A DNA stretch of 57,990 bases from Verrucomicrobiia bacterium (GTDB lineage: Bacteria > Verrucomicrobiota > Verrucomicrobiia > Limisphaerales > UBA11358). This document shows, one piece after another, positions 49,965 through 57,990 of this stretch. Numbering within the stretch: the first letter of the stretch is position 1; each line of letters begins with the position of its first letter. The stretch lies in assembly GCA_036511615.1 (NCBI GenBank), contig DATCBW010000220.1:1-57990 (forward strand), given 5' to 3'. The notes under the pieces were generated by a model that saw only the letters and a program-made list of their open reading frames with translations, was not told the origin of the DNA and searched no databases. Made by a program: the position numbers and the translations under genes.

Positions 49965-50071
49965 CCGGACCAATGATTTTTGCGCGGTCCGGCATGACAC
50001 CAAAATGTCCGGAGCGCTGAAGATCAAAGGTTGGCTTTGTGTCCGGGCGGCTTCGTTGTTAGTTTTATTCC

Positions 50072-51355
50072 ATGAACCGGACCGAATCGGAAAAGCTGTT
50101 TGCCGAGGCCTTGAAATACATCCCCGGCGGCGTCAATTCGCCGGTGCGCGCGTTTCGCGCCGTGGGCGGCAATCCCTTCTTTGTCAACCAGGCCGCCGGC
50201 TCAAAAATCCGGGACGTGGACGGCAATGAGTTAATTGACTACGTCCTGACGTGGGGGCCTGCCATCCTCGGCCACGCGCACCCGAAAATCATTTCCGCCG
50301 TGAAGGCCGCCGCCGAACACGGCACCAGCTTCGGCATTCCCAATCCGCTTGAAGTGAAAATGGCGAAACTCATTTGTGACTTTGTGCCGGGCGTGCAGAA
50401 GGTCCGCATGACAAGCAGCGGCACGGAAGCCTGCATGAGCGCCATCCGGCTGGCGCGCGGGTTCACGCGGCGCGACAAAATCATCAAGTTCGACGGCTGT
50501 TATCATGGCCATGTGGATTCGCTTTTGGTGAAAGCCGGCAGCGGCGCGCTGACATTCGGCCATCCTGACAGTGCGGGAATCCCGGCGGCTTTCACACAGC
50601 ATACGATTGTTTTGCCTTACAACGATGTCGAGGCAGTGAAGGCAGCATTCGCGGCGAACAAAAACGCCATCGCGGGCATCATCATCGAACCGGTGCCGGG
50701 CAACGCCGGTTTGTATCTGCCCAAGCCGGGCTACTTGGAATTTCTTCGTGAAATTACGCAGGCAGACGGCTCGCTTCTGATTTTTGACGAAGTGATGACG
50801 GGTTTTCGTCTGGCCAAAGGCGGCGCACAGGAACGTTTCAAAATTTCTCCGGACCTGTCCACGTTCGGCAAGGTTATCGGCGGCGGGCTGCCGGTGGGCG
50901 CGTTTGGCGGGCGCGCCGAAATCATGGATTGTCTTGCGCCGCTTGGCCCGGTGTATCAGGCCGGCACATTGAGCGGCAATCCGGTGGCGATGGCGGCTGG
51001 CATTGCCAATCTCGAAGAACTGCGCGACGGCGTCGCTTACCGCAAACTGGAGGAATTGGGCGGACAGCTTGCTGCCGGAATGAAGGACGCCGCGAAGTCG
51101 GCGAACATTCCCGTCCAGTTCAACTCCTGCGGTTCGATGTTCTGCGGCTATTTCACCAGCGGGCCGGTCTGGAATCTTGCCGACGCGATGAAAAGCGACC
51201 GCGAACGGTTCAAAAAGTTTTTCCACGCGATGCTGGAGGAAGGAATTTACCTCGCGCCGTCGCAGTTTGAATCCGGGTTTATTTCCACGGCGCACACGGT
51301 GGACGACATTGAAAAAACCGTGCGCGCGGCGGCCAAAGCCTTCCGAACATTGTAA
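50072..51355 (+). CDS. hemL: Glutamate-1-semialdehyde 2,1-aminomutase
   Basis: [23 protein letters not shown]-lysine context [16 protein letters not shown]. Confidence 0.95.
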   Translation: MNRTESEKLFAEALKYIPGGVNSPVRAFRAVGGNPFFVNQAAGSKIRDVDGNELIDYVLTWGPAILGHAHPKIISAVKAAAEHGTSFGIPNPLEVKMAKLICDFVPGVQKVRMTSSGTEACMSAIRLARGFTRRDKIIKFDGCYHGHVDSLLVKAGSGALTFGHPDSAGIPAAFTQHTIVLPYNDVEAVKAAFAANKNAIAGIIIEPVPGNAGLYLPKPGYLEFLREITQADGSLLIFDEVMTGFRLAKGGAQERFKISPDLSTFGKVIGGGLPVGAFGGRAEIMDCLAPLGPVYQAGTLSGNPVAMAAGIANLEELRDGVAYRKLEELGGQLAAGMKDAAKSANIPVQFNSCGSMFCGYFTSGPVWNLADAMKSDRERFKKFFHAMLEEGIYLAPSQFESGFISTAHTVDDIEKTVRAAAKAFRTL

Positions 51356-51686
51356 GTTTTTATGAATGACACCGTCTCGTCCGGCAATCCGGTGCCAACA
51401 TTGAAGTCCGTTCATTTTTGCTGAAACATTTCCGCTGCGTTGCACGTTTTAACATTGCAGTATGAAAAATAAAATTCTCCTCTGCACTCTGGCCCGCCGC
51501 AGGCGAGCCTGGCTGTCAGCAACGCCGACGCGCAGATCACGGCGCTGCTGACATCGGAACAGCAGGCGCGCCATGAACAGTTCAAGGAGTCGAACCTCTC
51601 CGTCCGGCGCGTGCTGCGGTCGGAACCGTGAGCTTCCATTTGTGCAATGGCGGGTGTGCTGGTTCAGCAGTTGGGCCAGCCTCAAA

Positions 51687-52274
51687 TCAGTCCGCCGCCG
51701 GTCGTTCCTTCAGCGTGCCGATCACTTCCAAAACATAACCCGCCAGCACCAGCAGGATGCCAAAACTGACGTATTTGATTGAGTCCGACAAAAGATAAAG
51801 CAGGAGAATCACTCCGCCGCCCAGCGCCGCCAGAATTATCTTTTTCTGCATTGACGAATTCAGGGTGGTGGCAAAAAACGGCAGCACGGCGGCAATCATC
51901 CCCAGCGCCAGAATCCACCAACCCAATCCGTGCGCCAGATCACCCGCATGGACTTGCACAGTTCCGGTTTGCAACGGAATATTCATTTGCGGCATGACGT
52001 TGCCTGGCATCATTTGGTTCATATTTTGCTGAAGTTGTGAAGCCGCTTCATTCATCATCGCGCCGGGATTGATGGCAAACCACGGCAGAAAAAAGCCGAC
52101 CACCAGCACGGCCGCGCCGATCAAAACCATTTTGCGTTGCGGATTGATTTCAGCGGCGGGTTTGGGCGGTGGCGGCGCGCTGTGGGCGAGCGCGTTCAAA
52201 AGCTCGGCGCTTTCCACGGCGGAAATTTTTCCGGCTTCGAGCAGTTGCAAAACTTTTTCCCGTTCGTTGGACAA
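51687..52274 (-). CDS. Membrane protein with SHOCT-like N-terminal helix
   Basis: MSNEREKVLQLLEAGKISAVESAELLNAL followed by about 4 TM helices. Confidence 0.5.
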   Translation of the reverse strand: MSNEREKVLQLLEAGKISAVESAELLNALAHSAPPPPKPAAEINPQRKMVLIGAAVLVVGFFLPWFAINPGAMMNEAASQLQQNMNQMMPGNVMPQMNIPLQTGTVQVHAGDLAHGLGWWILALGMIAAVLPFFATTLNSSMQKKIILAALGGGVILLLYLLSDSIKYVSFGILLVLAGYVLEVIGTLKERPAAD

Positions 52275-52779
52275 ATCTTCGGCGGGAACTGTCGGCGCGG
52301 GCTTGGCGGAGTCCGAAAGCCATGTTCAAAAGCGGATAGGCCAGCAACGCTCCAAACGTGAGCGCAAACATGGCGGGCATGGAAGTCCTGAAAACTAATG
52401 ACGCATCAATTGCAATGAGAACGGCGCAAATGACATTGCCAAAACCCAGCCAGGCGCGCACTCCGTCAATGCCTGGAAGTTTTTCCGCGTCGGTTAGATG
52501 ACCACCAATCCATTTCCGATAAAGCCGCACACCAAATGGAAGAACCAACAATGGAAATGGAACTAAAATAGATCCAGCGACGATAAAATCATTTGTGTGT
52601 CCTAGAAAAATCATCACACCAATGCATAGACCAATCGCCAGCAGCCAGAGCAAGGCCGATTGCCCGCGCGTCAGTCCGGTGTAACGGCGATAGATTGTGG
52701 TGCCGGCCAAAATTCCTACCACGACCAGCGAGGCGATGAGCAGGGCTGCTAAAAATGGAGTTTGCAGTTCATGGTTCAT
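52150..52779 (-). CDS. Hypothetical multi-pass membrane protein
   Basis: About 5 TM helices. The last about 40 aa are R-rich and overlap the next gene in another frame, so the true 3-prime end is uncertain. Confidence 0.45.
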   Translation of the reverse strand: MNHELQTPFLAALLIASLVVVGILAGTTIYRRYTGLTRGQSALLWLLAIGLCIGVMIFLGHTNDFIVAGSILVPFPLLVLPFGVRLYRKWIGGHLTDAEKLPGIDGVRAWLGFGNVICAVLIAIDASLVFRTSMPAMFALTFGALLAYPLLNMAFGLRQARADSSRRRFVQRTGKSFATARSRKNFRRGKRRAFERARPQRAATAQTRR

Positions 52780-53156
52780 AGTGATCTTCCTTTCAATAGT
52801 TGGGTTGCTTCCTGGACATTGATTTCACCGCGTTCGAGTTGTTCCAAAATCTGCGAGCGTTTCACCGGCGTGCTGGTGTTGCCGAGCAATTCGTTCACGA
52901 GATCGAGGCGCTTGCAGACCGTCGGGTAGGAAATGCCCAGCTCTTTTTCCACGTCGCGGATTTTTCCCTGGCACCGGAGAAACACCATGACGAATTCCTG
53001 CAAGTCCGGCGGCAGGCGGAAGAACAGTGGAATCTCCAGTTGCGAATCAATCTGCGTGCTACAGCCGTGGCACGAAAGCCGCGTGATGCCAAGCTGGTCG
53101 CCGCAAAACGGGCAGCGCGTGATGAGCTTTTTCGGATTGTTGCCAGGCTTGGCCAT
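52776..53156 (-). CDS. DUF2089 zinc-ribbon + HTH protein
   Basis: CPFCGDQLGITRLSCHGCST..FFRLPPDLQEFVMVFLRCQGKIRDVEKELGISYPTVCKRL. ATG at 53156. Confidence 0.75.
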   Translation of the reverse strand: MAKPGNNPKKLITRCPFCGDQLGITRLSCHGCSTQIDSQLEIPLFFRLPPDLQEFVMVFLRCQGKIRDVEKELGISYPTVCKRLDLVNELLGNTSTPVKRSQILEQLERGEINVQEATQLLKGRSL

Positions 53157-53293
53157 TGATTTGTTCAACTTGTATATTAAGTTATTCAACTTGTCAATTG
53201 AATTATTCAATTAAGGCCGCCCGCCCGTTTTCCACGAATTTCACCAGACGGTTCCGTTTGATTCCCGGTAGTGCGGCTAGTATCGTGCGGCAA

Positions 53294-55366
53294 ATGTCGT
53301 CGCCGGAAACCAAAATTTCTCCGCTCGCCGCGCCCGTCACTTCGGTCTGGGGCGTCGGCGACGAACGCGCGAAACTGCTCGCACGGCTGGACATTTTCAC
53401 CGTCGAAGATTTGTTGCTGCACAAGCCGCGTCGCTACGAAGACCGGAGAAAATTTCTGCCGATCCGCGAATTGAAGCCCAAGGAAGCCGCGACCGTGCGC
53501 GGACAAATCATCGCCGCCGGCGTCAAGCGTTTCAAAAAAGGCACGCGCGCGATGTTCGAGTGCGTGTTCGACGACGGCACGGCGCATTTGCATTGCCGCT
53601 GGTGGCAGGCGCAGCCGTGGATGGAGGACTGGTTCGCGGTTGGCCGCGAGTTTCTGGTGTTCGGCAAGCCGGAATCACTCAAGCCGCGCACCATTGACCA
53701 TCCCGAAACCGAACTGGTCGAGCCGGGCGAGGACGAATTCATCCACGTCAACCGCATTGTGCCGGTGCATCCGCTCACGGAAGGTTTGACAGCGCGCGTG
53801 ATGCGCACGCTCGTCTGGCGTGCGCTGGAGAAATTTGAAACGCAAATTGAGGAGCCGGACTGGAGCCGATTGCAAGTTGAAGGTAGCAAGTTGAAGGTTG
53901 AAAGCGGCGGGGCGTTTAACGCAAAAAAACCTTCAACCTTTAACCTTCAACCATCAACTCTTTTGCCCGCCCGCCCCAACGCCGTCCGCATGATTCATTT
54001 CCCGGAAGAACTGACCGACGTGGAAATCGCGCGGCAACGGCTGGCGCTGGATGAATTCGTGGCGCTGCAATTCCAAATCCAGTCGCGCCGGAAAAAATTT
54101 GAGACGGTTGCGAAGGCGCTGCCATGCGGCGGCGACAATCATTTGATGAAACCGTTTCTCTCGGAGCTTGGTTTCAAGCTCACCGCCGCGCAGACCAGCG
54201 TGCTGCGTGAAATCCGTGCGGACATGAGTGGCGCGCATCCGATGCGGCGATTGTTGCAAGGCGACGTCGGCTCCGGCAAAACAGCCGTGGCGGCTTGCAG
54301 CGCGCTGATGGCGCTGGAAAGCGGCTTCAATGTCGCGCTGATGGCGCCGACGGAAATTCTGGCGGAACAACATTTCCGCAACTTTGTAAAATGGTTTGAG
54401 CCGCTCGGCGTGAAGGTGAAATTGCAGACGGGCAGCCGGAAAAGTAACGAGTGGCGAGTGACGAGTGACAAGCAAACACAAGCCTCGTCACTCACGATTG
54501 GCACTCACGCCCTGCTCACGGGCGGCTTTGACCTGCCGAAGCTTGGCCTCGTCATCATTGACGAGCAGCACAAGTTCGGCGTGGCGCAGCGCGAGACGCT
54601 CGTGCGCAAAGGGAATTATCCGCATCTGCTCGTGATGACGGCCACGCCGATTCCGCGCACGCTCGGCCTGACGCTTTACGGCGACCTCGATGTTTCGGTG
54701 ATTGACGAAATGCCCGCCGGGCGCGGCAAAATCAAAACTTTTGTCCGCACGACGGAAAAATTGCCGAAGGTTTTTGAATTCATCCGCGAAAAAATTTCCG
54801 GCGGCCGGCAGGCTTACATCGTTTATCCGCGTGTCGAGGTCGCGGACACGGACAAGGACATCAAGGCCGTGACGAAGGAATTTGAAAACGTGCAACGCGT
54901 GCTGACGCCATTCAAGGTCGGTTTGCTGCACGGACGAATCAAGCCTGCGGACAAGGAAAAAGTGATGGCGGATTTTCGCGCGAACAAAATTCAGGCGCTC
55001 GTCGCCACGTCGCTGATTGAAGTCGGCGTGGACGTGCCGAACGCGAGCGTGATGCTCATCGAGAGCGCGGAACATTTCGGGATGGCGCAGTTGCATCAAT
55101 TGCGCGGGCGCATCGGACGCGGCGCGCACGAGAGTTTCTGTATTTTGATTTCGGATGCACAGAACAAGGACGCGCAGGCGCGGCTGAACATTTTGGAGGA
55201 AACCAGCGACGGCTTCAAAATCGCCGAGGCGGACTTGAAATTGCGCGGGCCGGGCGAACTGCTCGGCCAGCAGCAGAGCGGTTTGCCGAATTTGCGTTTT
55301 GGCAATCTGGCGGAGGATTTGAATTTGATCCGGCAGGCGCGCGATTTGGTGGCGAAAAGTTTTTAG
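53294..55366 (+). CDS. recG: ATP-dependent DNA helicase RecG
   Basis: Wedge domain, Walker A GDVGSGKT, IIDEQHKFG, QLHQLRGRIGRG. ATG at 53294 (MSSPETKI). Confidence 0.95.
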   Translation: MSSPETKISPLAAPVTSVWGVGDERAKLLARLDIFTVEDLLLHKPRRYEDRRKFLPIRELKPKEAATVRGQIIAAGVKRFKKGTRAMFECVFDDGTAHLHCRWWQAQPWMEDWFAVGREFLVFGKPESLKPRTIDHPETELVEPGEDEFIHVNRIVPVHPLTEGLTARVMRTLVWRALEKFETQIEEPDWSRLQVEGSKLKVESGGAFNAKKPSTFNLQPSTLLPARPNAVRMIHFPEELTDVEIARQRLALDEFVALQFQIQSRRKKFETVAKALPCGGDNHLMKPFLSELGFKLTAAQTSVLREIRADMSGAHPMRRLLQGDVGSGKTAVAACSALMALESGFNVALMAPTEILAEQHFRNFVKWFEPLGVKVKLQTGSRKSNEWRVTSDKQTQASSLTIGTHALLTGGFDLPKLGLVIIDEQHKFGVAQRETLVRKGNYPHLLVMTATPIPRTLGLTLYGDLDVSVIDEMPAGRGKIKTFVRTTEKLPKVFEFIREKISGGRQAYIVYPRVEVADTDKDIKAVTKEFENVQRVLTPFKVGLLHGRIKPADKEKVMADFRANKIQALVATSLIEVGVDVPNASVMLIESAEHFGMAQLHQLRGRIGRGAHESFCILISDAQNKDAQARLNILEETSDGFKIAEADLKLRGPGELLGQQQSGLPNLRFGNLAEDLNLIRQARDLVAKSF
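53873..53959. repeat. Heptamer-arm hairpin inside recG (site 1)
   Basis: (agttgaa)(ggtagca)(agttgaa)(ggttgaa) at 53875-53902 pairs with ccttcaacctttaaccttcaaccatcaact at 53930-59, about 23 of 30 positions. Read as RLQVEGSKLKVESGGAFNAKKPSTFNLQPSTL. Confidence 0.85.
54444..54510. repeat. Heptamer-arm hairpin inside recG (site 2)
   Basis: (gtaacga)(gtggcga)(gtgacga)(gtgacaa). Perfect 10-bp stem gagtgacgag (54456-65) with ctcgtcactc (54484-93). Read as SNEWRVTSDKQTQASSLTIGTH. Confidence 0.85.
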
Positions 55367-55367
55367 C
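55256..55367. repeat. recG 3-prime end, native copy of a duplicated ~112-nt segment
   Basis: gaactgctcggccagcagcagagcggtttgccgaatttgcg...ggcgaaaagtttttagc. Recurs at 56358-56469 with about 6 mismatches. Confidence 0.95.
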
Positions 55368-55401
55368 GCGACCAATAGTAAGTTTGCAGTCTATCACGAT
55401 G

Positions 55402-55752
55402 TTAGGAGACGACATGGTTCTGAATCTCATACTGCTTCTTCTGTCTGTAATATCTAAGCAAACGCTCAACAACAGCACCAACCCATAATGCTCCCCACAG
55501 CCAGTAGAACCAGCGGTGATAAACCAACGCTAAAATCACACAAGCAATGGCGCAAACACCCCAGCAACAAATGGCAATGATAGAAACCTGCGGCTTCGGC
55601 ATCTTATTGAGGCTCTTAACGCGCTCCGCTTCCGCCGCTAACTCTGCCTCCGTAAATCGAAACTCAGTCGGCAAGTCTGCTCCACAGTGACCGCACTTGG
55701 AATTATTTCGGGCGTAAACCAAACCGCCGCATTTTTGACATTGTAAGCTCAT
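55402..55752 (-). CDS. Zinc-ribbon protein with two C-terminal TM helices
   Basis: MSLQCQKCGGLVYARNNSKCGHCGADL, then IIAICCWGVCAIACVILALVY and WLWGALWVGAVV. Lower G+C than recG. Confidence 0.5.
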   Translation of the reverse strand: MSLQCQKCGGLVYARNNSKCGHCGADLPTEFRFTEAELAAEAERVKSLNKMPKPQVSIIAICCWGVCAIACVILALVYHRWFYWLWGALWVGAVVERLLRYYRQKKQYEIQNHVVS

Positions 55753-55961
55753 AACGCTCGGTGCCGCCAACAGATAATGGACATCTGGCTGATCAGCCTA
55801 TCCTGTTTCACGGTTTCGAGGTTGCGCCGGGCGTAAATAGTTATCAAGCCTATTTTTTGACGGAAATGATGACTGATTTGTTTCAAGCAAAGGCGGCAAC
55901 AAAGCGGCAAACGGACAACTTCAGTTTTGATTTTTCGGTGGCGTGGCGTAGGCTGGGGGGC

Positions 55962-56291
55962 ATGAAAATTTTCATTTCCATTTTTTGTTCATTTGTCGCA
56001 GTAATTTTTCTTTCGGGCTGCGGCGACCATTCCAGTTCGCAATCCCAGAGCACGAATCCGGCGGACGTGACGAACAATGTGCTGGTGAACGCAAAGCGCA
56101 CGGCGGACAAGACGATTGACGCGTCGGCGCTGAACCAGGCGATCCAGTTGTTCAACGTGCAGGAGGGGCGATACCCGAAGGATTTGTCGGAGCTGGTGCC
56201 GAAATACATCGCCTTGATTCCCGACGCGCCTCAGGGCTACAAGCTTTCCTACGATGTGACGAAGGGCGATGTCAGCGTGGTCCGGGAATGA
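55962..56291 (+). CDS. Small lipoprotein with GspG-like domain, copy 1
   Basis: MKIFISIFCSFVAVIFLSGCGD lipobox. LNQAIQLFNVQEGRYPKDLSELVPKYIALIPDAPQGYKLSYD. Confidence 0.6.
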   Translation: MKIFISIFCSFVAVIFLSGCGDHSSSQSQSTNPADVTNNVLVNAKRTADKTIDASALNQAIQLFNVQEGRYPKDLSELVPKYIALIPDAPQGYKLSYDVTKGDVSVVRE

Positions 56292-56357
56292 TTTCAGAGC
56301 GTCAGGAGTTTCAGTAATTGCACCGTCGGTTTGAGGACGAGTTTCAGGTATAGTTCT

Positions 56358-56469
56358 GAATTGCCCGGCCAGCAGCAGAGCGGTTTGCCGAATTTGCGTT
56401 TTGGCAATCTGGCGGAGGATTTGAATTTAATCCGGCAGGCGCGGGAGTTGGTGGCGAAAAGTTTTTAGC
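56358..56469. repeat. Second copy of the recG 3-prime end
   Basis: Still reads ...GQQQSGLPNLRFGNLAEDLNLIRQARELVAKSF-stop. See 55256-55367. Confidence 0.95.
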
Positions 56470-56525
56470 CGTCACAAACGCAAAAATTTATTTCCATTTT
56501 CAACGATCCGGCGTAGTCTGTTTGC

Positions 56526-56807
56526 ATGAAAGCACTCTCTTCTTTGTTCGTCGCCCTGGTTGCTGTCGCGTTGCTGGCCGGGTGCGGGAAAACTTCCACC
56601 GAGTCCGCTGTCAACGCTCCGAATTCGCCCGCCGCAAATGTGGCGACCCTGAAACAGGCGGTGCAGTCATTCAACACGGCGGAGGGGCATTATCCGAAAA
56701 CGCTGGATGAGCTGGTGCCGAAATACATTGCCAGCATTCCCGAAGCGCCGTCCGGCTACAAACTCATCTACGATTCCGCCACCGGCAACGTGACTGTGAG
56801 CCGATAA
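56526..56807 (+). CDS. Small lipoprotein with GspG-like domain, copy 2
   Basis: MKALSSLFVALVAVALLAGCGK lipobox. LKQAVQSFNTAEGHYPKTLDELVPKYIASIPEAPSGYKLIYD is a paralogue of 55962-56291. Confidence 0.6.
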   Translation: MKALSSLFVALVAVALLAGCGKTSTESAVNAPNSPAANVATLKQAVQSFNTAEGHYPKTLDELVPKYIASIPEAPSGYKLIYDSATGNVTVSR

Positions 56808-56812
56808 CCGGT

Positions 56813-57990
56813 TCAGAAGGTGACATATTTCAGCACCTGCACCGTCCGTTTGAAAATGAGTTCGATGGTGTTGTCCTTGAACTGCACGTCCACCGGGCAA
56901 CTGTCCCGCTCGTAATCCCACAGCACGCGCCCGTCCTTCGGGTTGATGCGCTTGATGCGCAGCAGAGCCGGGCTTTGCAGGGTCATGTCGCTCAACTGGT
57001 CCTCGTCCGTGGGGTTCGGGTCGAACGACTGGACGGTGTAGATGAATTTCCCCGACAGGTAGGAGATGAAGCCGCCGGGCTTGGCGCGCCACAAAATCTC
57101 CCCGTTTTTCGCGTTGATTTTCAGCAGCACGTCCTCGGTGTTTTTGTTGATGTCAATCTGCCGCGAGTATTTGATGTCGTCGGGATTGCCGGTGGTGGTG
57201 TTGACATACACGTCGCCTGCGTCGTTAAAAAAAAGGCCGACGACGCCGACGGACGGCACGCGCCAGCGGGCGTTGCCGGTGCTCAGGTCATAAGCGCTCA
57301 ACACCGCCTGGTCAATGACGTAAAGCGTGCCGCCGTGTTCGACCACGGGTCCGTCGCCGAACTGCGGCTGCTCACCTGGCAAATGTTCCCCGCCGCCGGA
57401 CACGTCGTAGGTCAGCGCGGCCTGCCAGAGTTTTTTGTTTGACTTGTCGAGCACGATGACCGTCTTGCCCGCCGCGACGATGTTCACGGTTTGCAAAACG
57501 AACAACTGCGGCGGTCCGGTGACTTCGCCCGTCCAGTCGGCGGTGCCCGGCGAATTGAGCAGATGCACGATGACTTGATAAGTGCTTTCGTCCTCCGTGA
57601 CCTTGTCGCCGCCGCGGTTGCGCTGCATTTCGTTGAGCATTTCATTGGCCACGTCGCCGGTCTGGCTGGCGTTGAGGTTGCCGTTGAGCGCGGATGTTTT
57701 CGGCGGCGCTTTCATCGCTTCGCGCGTGACAAAGTTTTCCTTGAGCAGCCGCGTGGTCAATCGGGCGAGGCCATTTTCGCCGGGAACCATCCGGACACTT
57801 TCGGCGCCGATGGGAGCTGTCTTTGCAACTTGCGGACGCGGGTGCTGTGGATTGTCATTCAGCGCGGCTTCGAGCTGTTGTTCGTATGAAGCGTTGCCGA
57901 GCAGCGCGGGCAGCGCGATGCGCGCGGGCAGTTTCAAATTTTGCACCTGTTCCGCAACCTTGTCGGGATCGAGCGGCTGGCCGGCGTCCG
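56813..57990 (-). CDS. PQQ/BamB-like beta-propeller protein (5-prime end probably beyond the window)
   Basis: Repeated beta-strand blades (LYVIDQAVLSAYDLSTGNARWRV; NGEILWRAKPGG; DGRVLWDYE). The frame stays open from the GTG at 57946 up to the window edge (own translation ...DAGQPLDPDKVAEQ). Confidence 0.55.
   Translation of the reverse strand, partial: DAGQPLDPDKVAEQVQNLKLPARIALPALLGNASYEQQLEAALNDNPQHPRPQVAKTAPIGAESVRMVPGENGLARLTTRLLKENFVTREAMKAPPKTSALNGNLNASQTGDVANEMLNEMQRNRGGDKVTEDESTYQVIVHLLNSPGTADWTGEVTGPPQLFVLQTVNIVAAGKTVIVLDKSNKKLWQAALTYDVSGGGEHLPGEQPQFGDGPVVEHGGTLYVIDQAVLSAYDLSTGNARWRVPSVGVVGLFFNDAGDVYVNTTTGNPDDIKYSRQIDINKNTEDVLLKINAKNGEILWRAKPGGFISYLSGKFIYTVQSFDPNPTDEDQLSDMTLQSPALLRIKRINPKDGRVLWDYERDSCPVDVQFKDNTIELIFKRTVQVLKYVTF

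Noticed and set aside
51462-51631. Possible small secreted protein (signal peptide MKNKILLCTLA...; later ...AVSNADAQITALLTSEQQARHEQFKES)
   Set aside because: The two parts are in different frames and each part is short. The evidence is only compositional. Not called as a gene; mentioned only as a weak third example of a -1 frame break.
1-57990. Search by eye for integrase, transposase, tRNA, rRNA and cas genes that could explain the islands
   Set aside because: No ORF-track protein shows tyrosine- or serine-recombinase, DDE or HUH motifs, and no tRNA-like or rRNA sequence was seen. Absence by eye is not proof, so a proper HMM or tRNAscan run is needed.

Overview
57.99-kb chromosomal window. 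Sampled housekeeping lines are about 60% G+C. Gene content and repeat-derived peptides look PVC/Verrucomicrobiota-like, but that is inference only. The window covers the replication-initiation region: dnaA on the minus strand at 47830-49212, a long AT-rich intergenic region, and divergent hemL. The backbone is housekeeping genes: infC, glyQS, the hopanoid radical-SAM genes hpnH and hpnJ, ruvC-ruvA, priA, tkt, two cyclophilins, lspA, rluD, uvrB, a DapF-like gene, a family-4 UDG and recG. Several small low-GC accessory insertions sit in this backbone. (i) A two-gene cassette (TM protein plus Orc1/Cdc6-like AAA+ ATPase) lies between hpnH and hpnJ. (ii) A composite island downstream of priA holds HigBA, an orphan sigma-like/ParB/ParB operon, and a C-protein-controlled m5C R-M system whose HNH-like endonuclease frame is interrupted. 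(iii) A VapBC-like pair follows rluD. (iv) A small cassette follows recG. Insertions (ii) to (iv) are each bracketed by duplicated 3-prime ends of the neighbouring host gene, yet no integrase or transposase is visible. The window also carries many hairpin repeats. One family has arms built from 3-4 tandem heptamers, and there is a 51-bp double hairpin. Several of these lie in frame inside priA, recG, udg, glyQS and an FAD oxidoreductase. There is also a strictly 21-bp-periodic tandem array. The DapF homologue has serine at both catalytic cysteine positions. I recognised no rRNA, tRNA or CRISPR array. The best candidates for an undescribed system are the sigma-like/ParB/ParB operon (20.5-23.2 kb) and the TM + AAA+ cassette (9.16-11.37 kb). 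All family names come from motif recognition by eye and memory. No searches were run.
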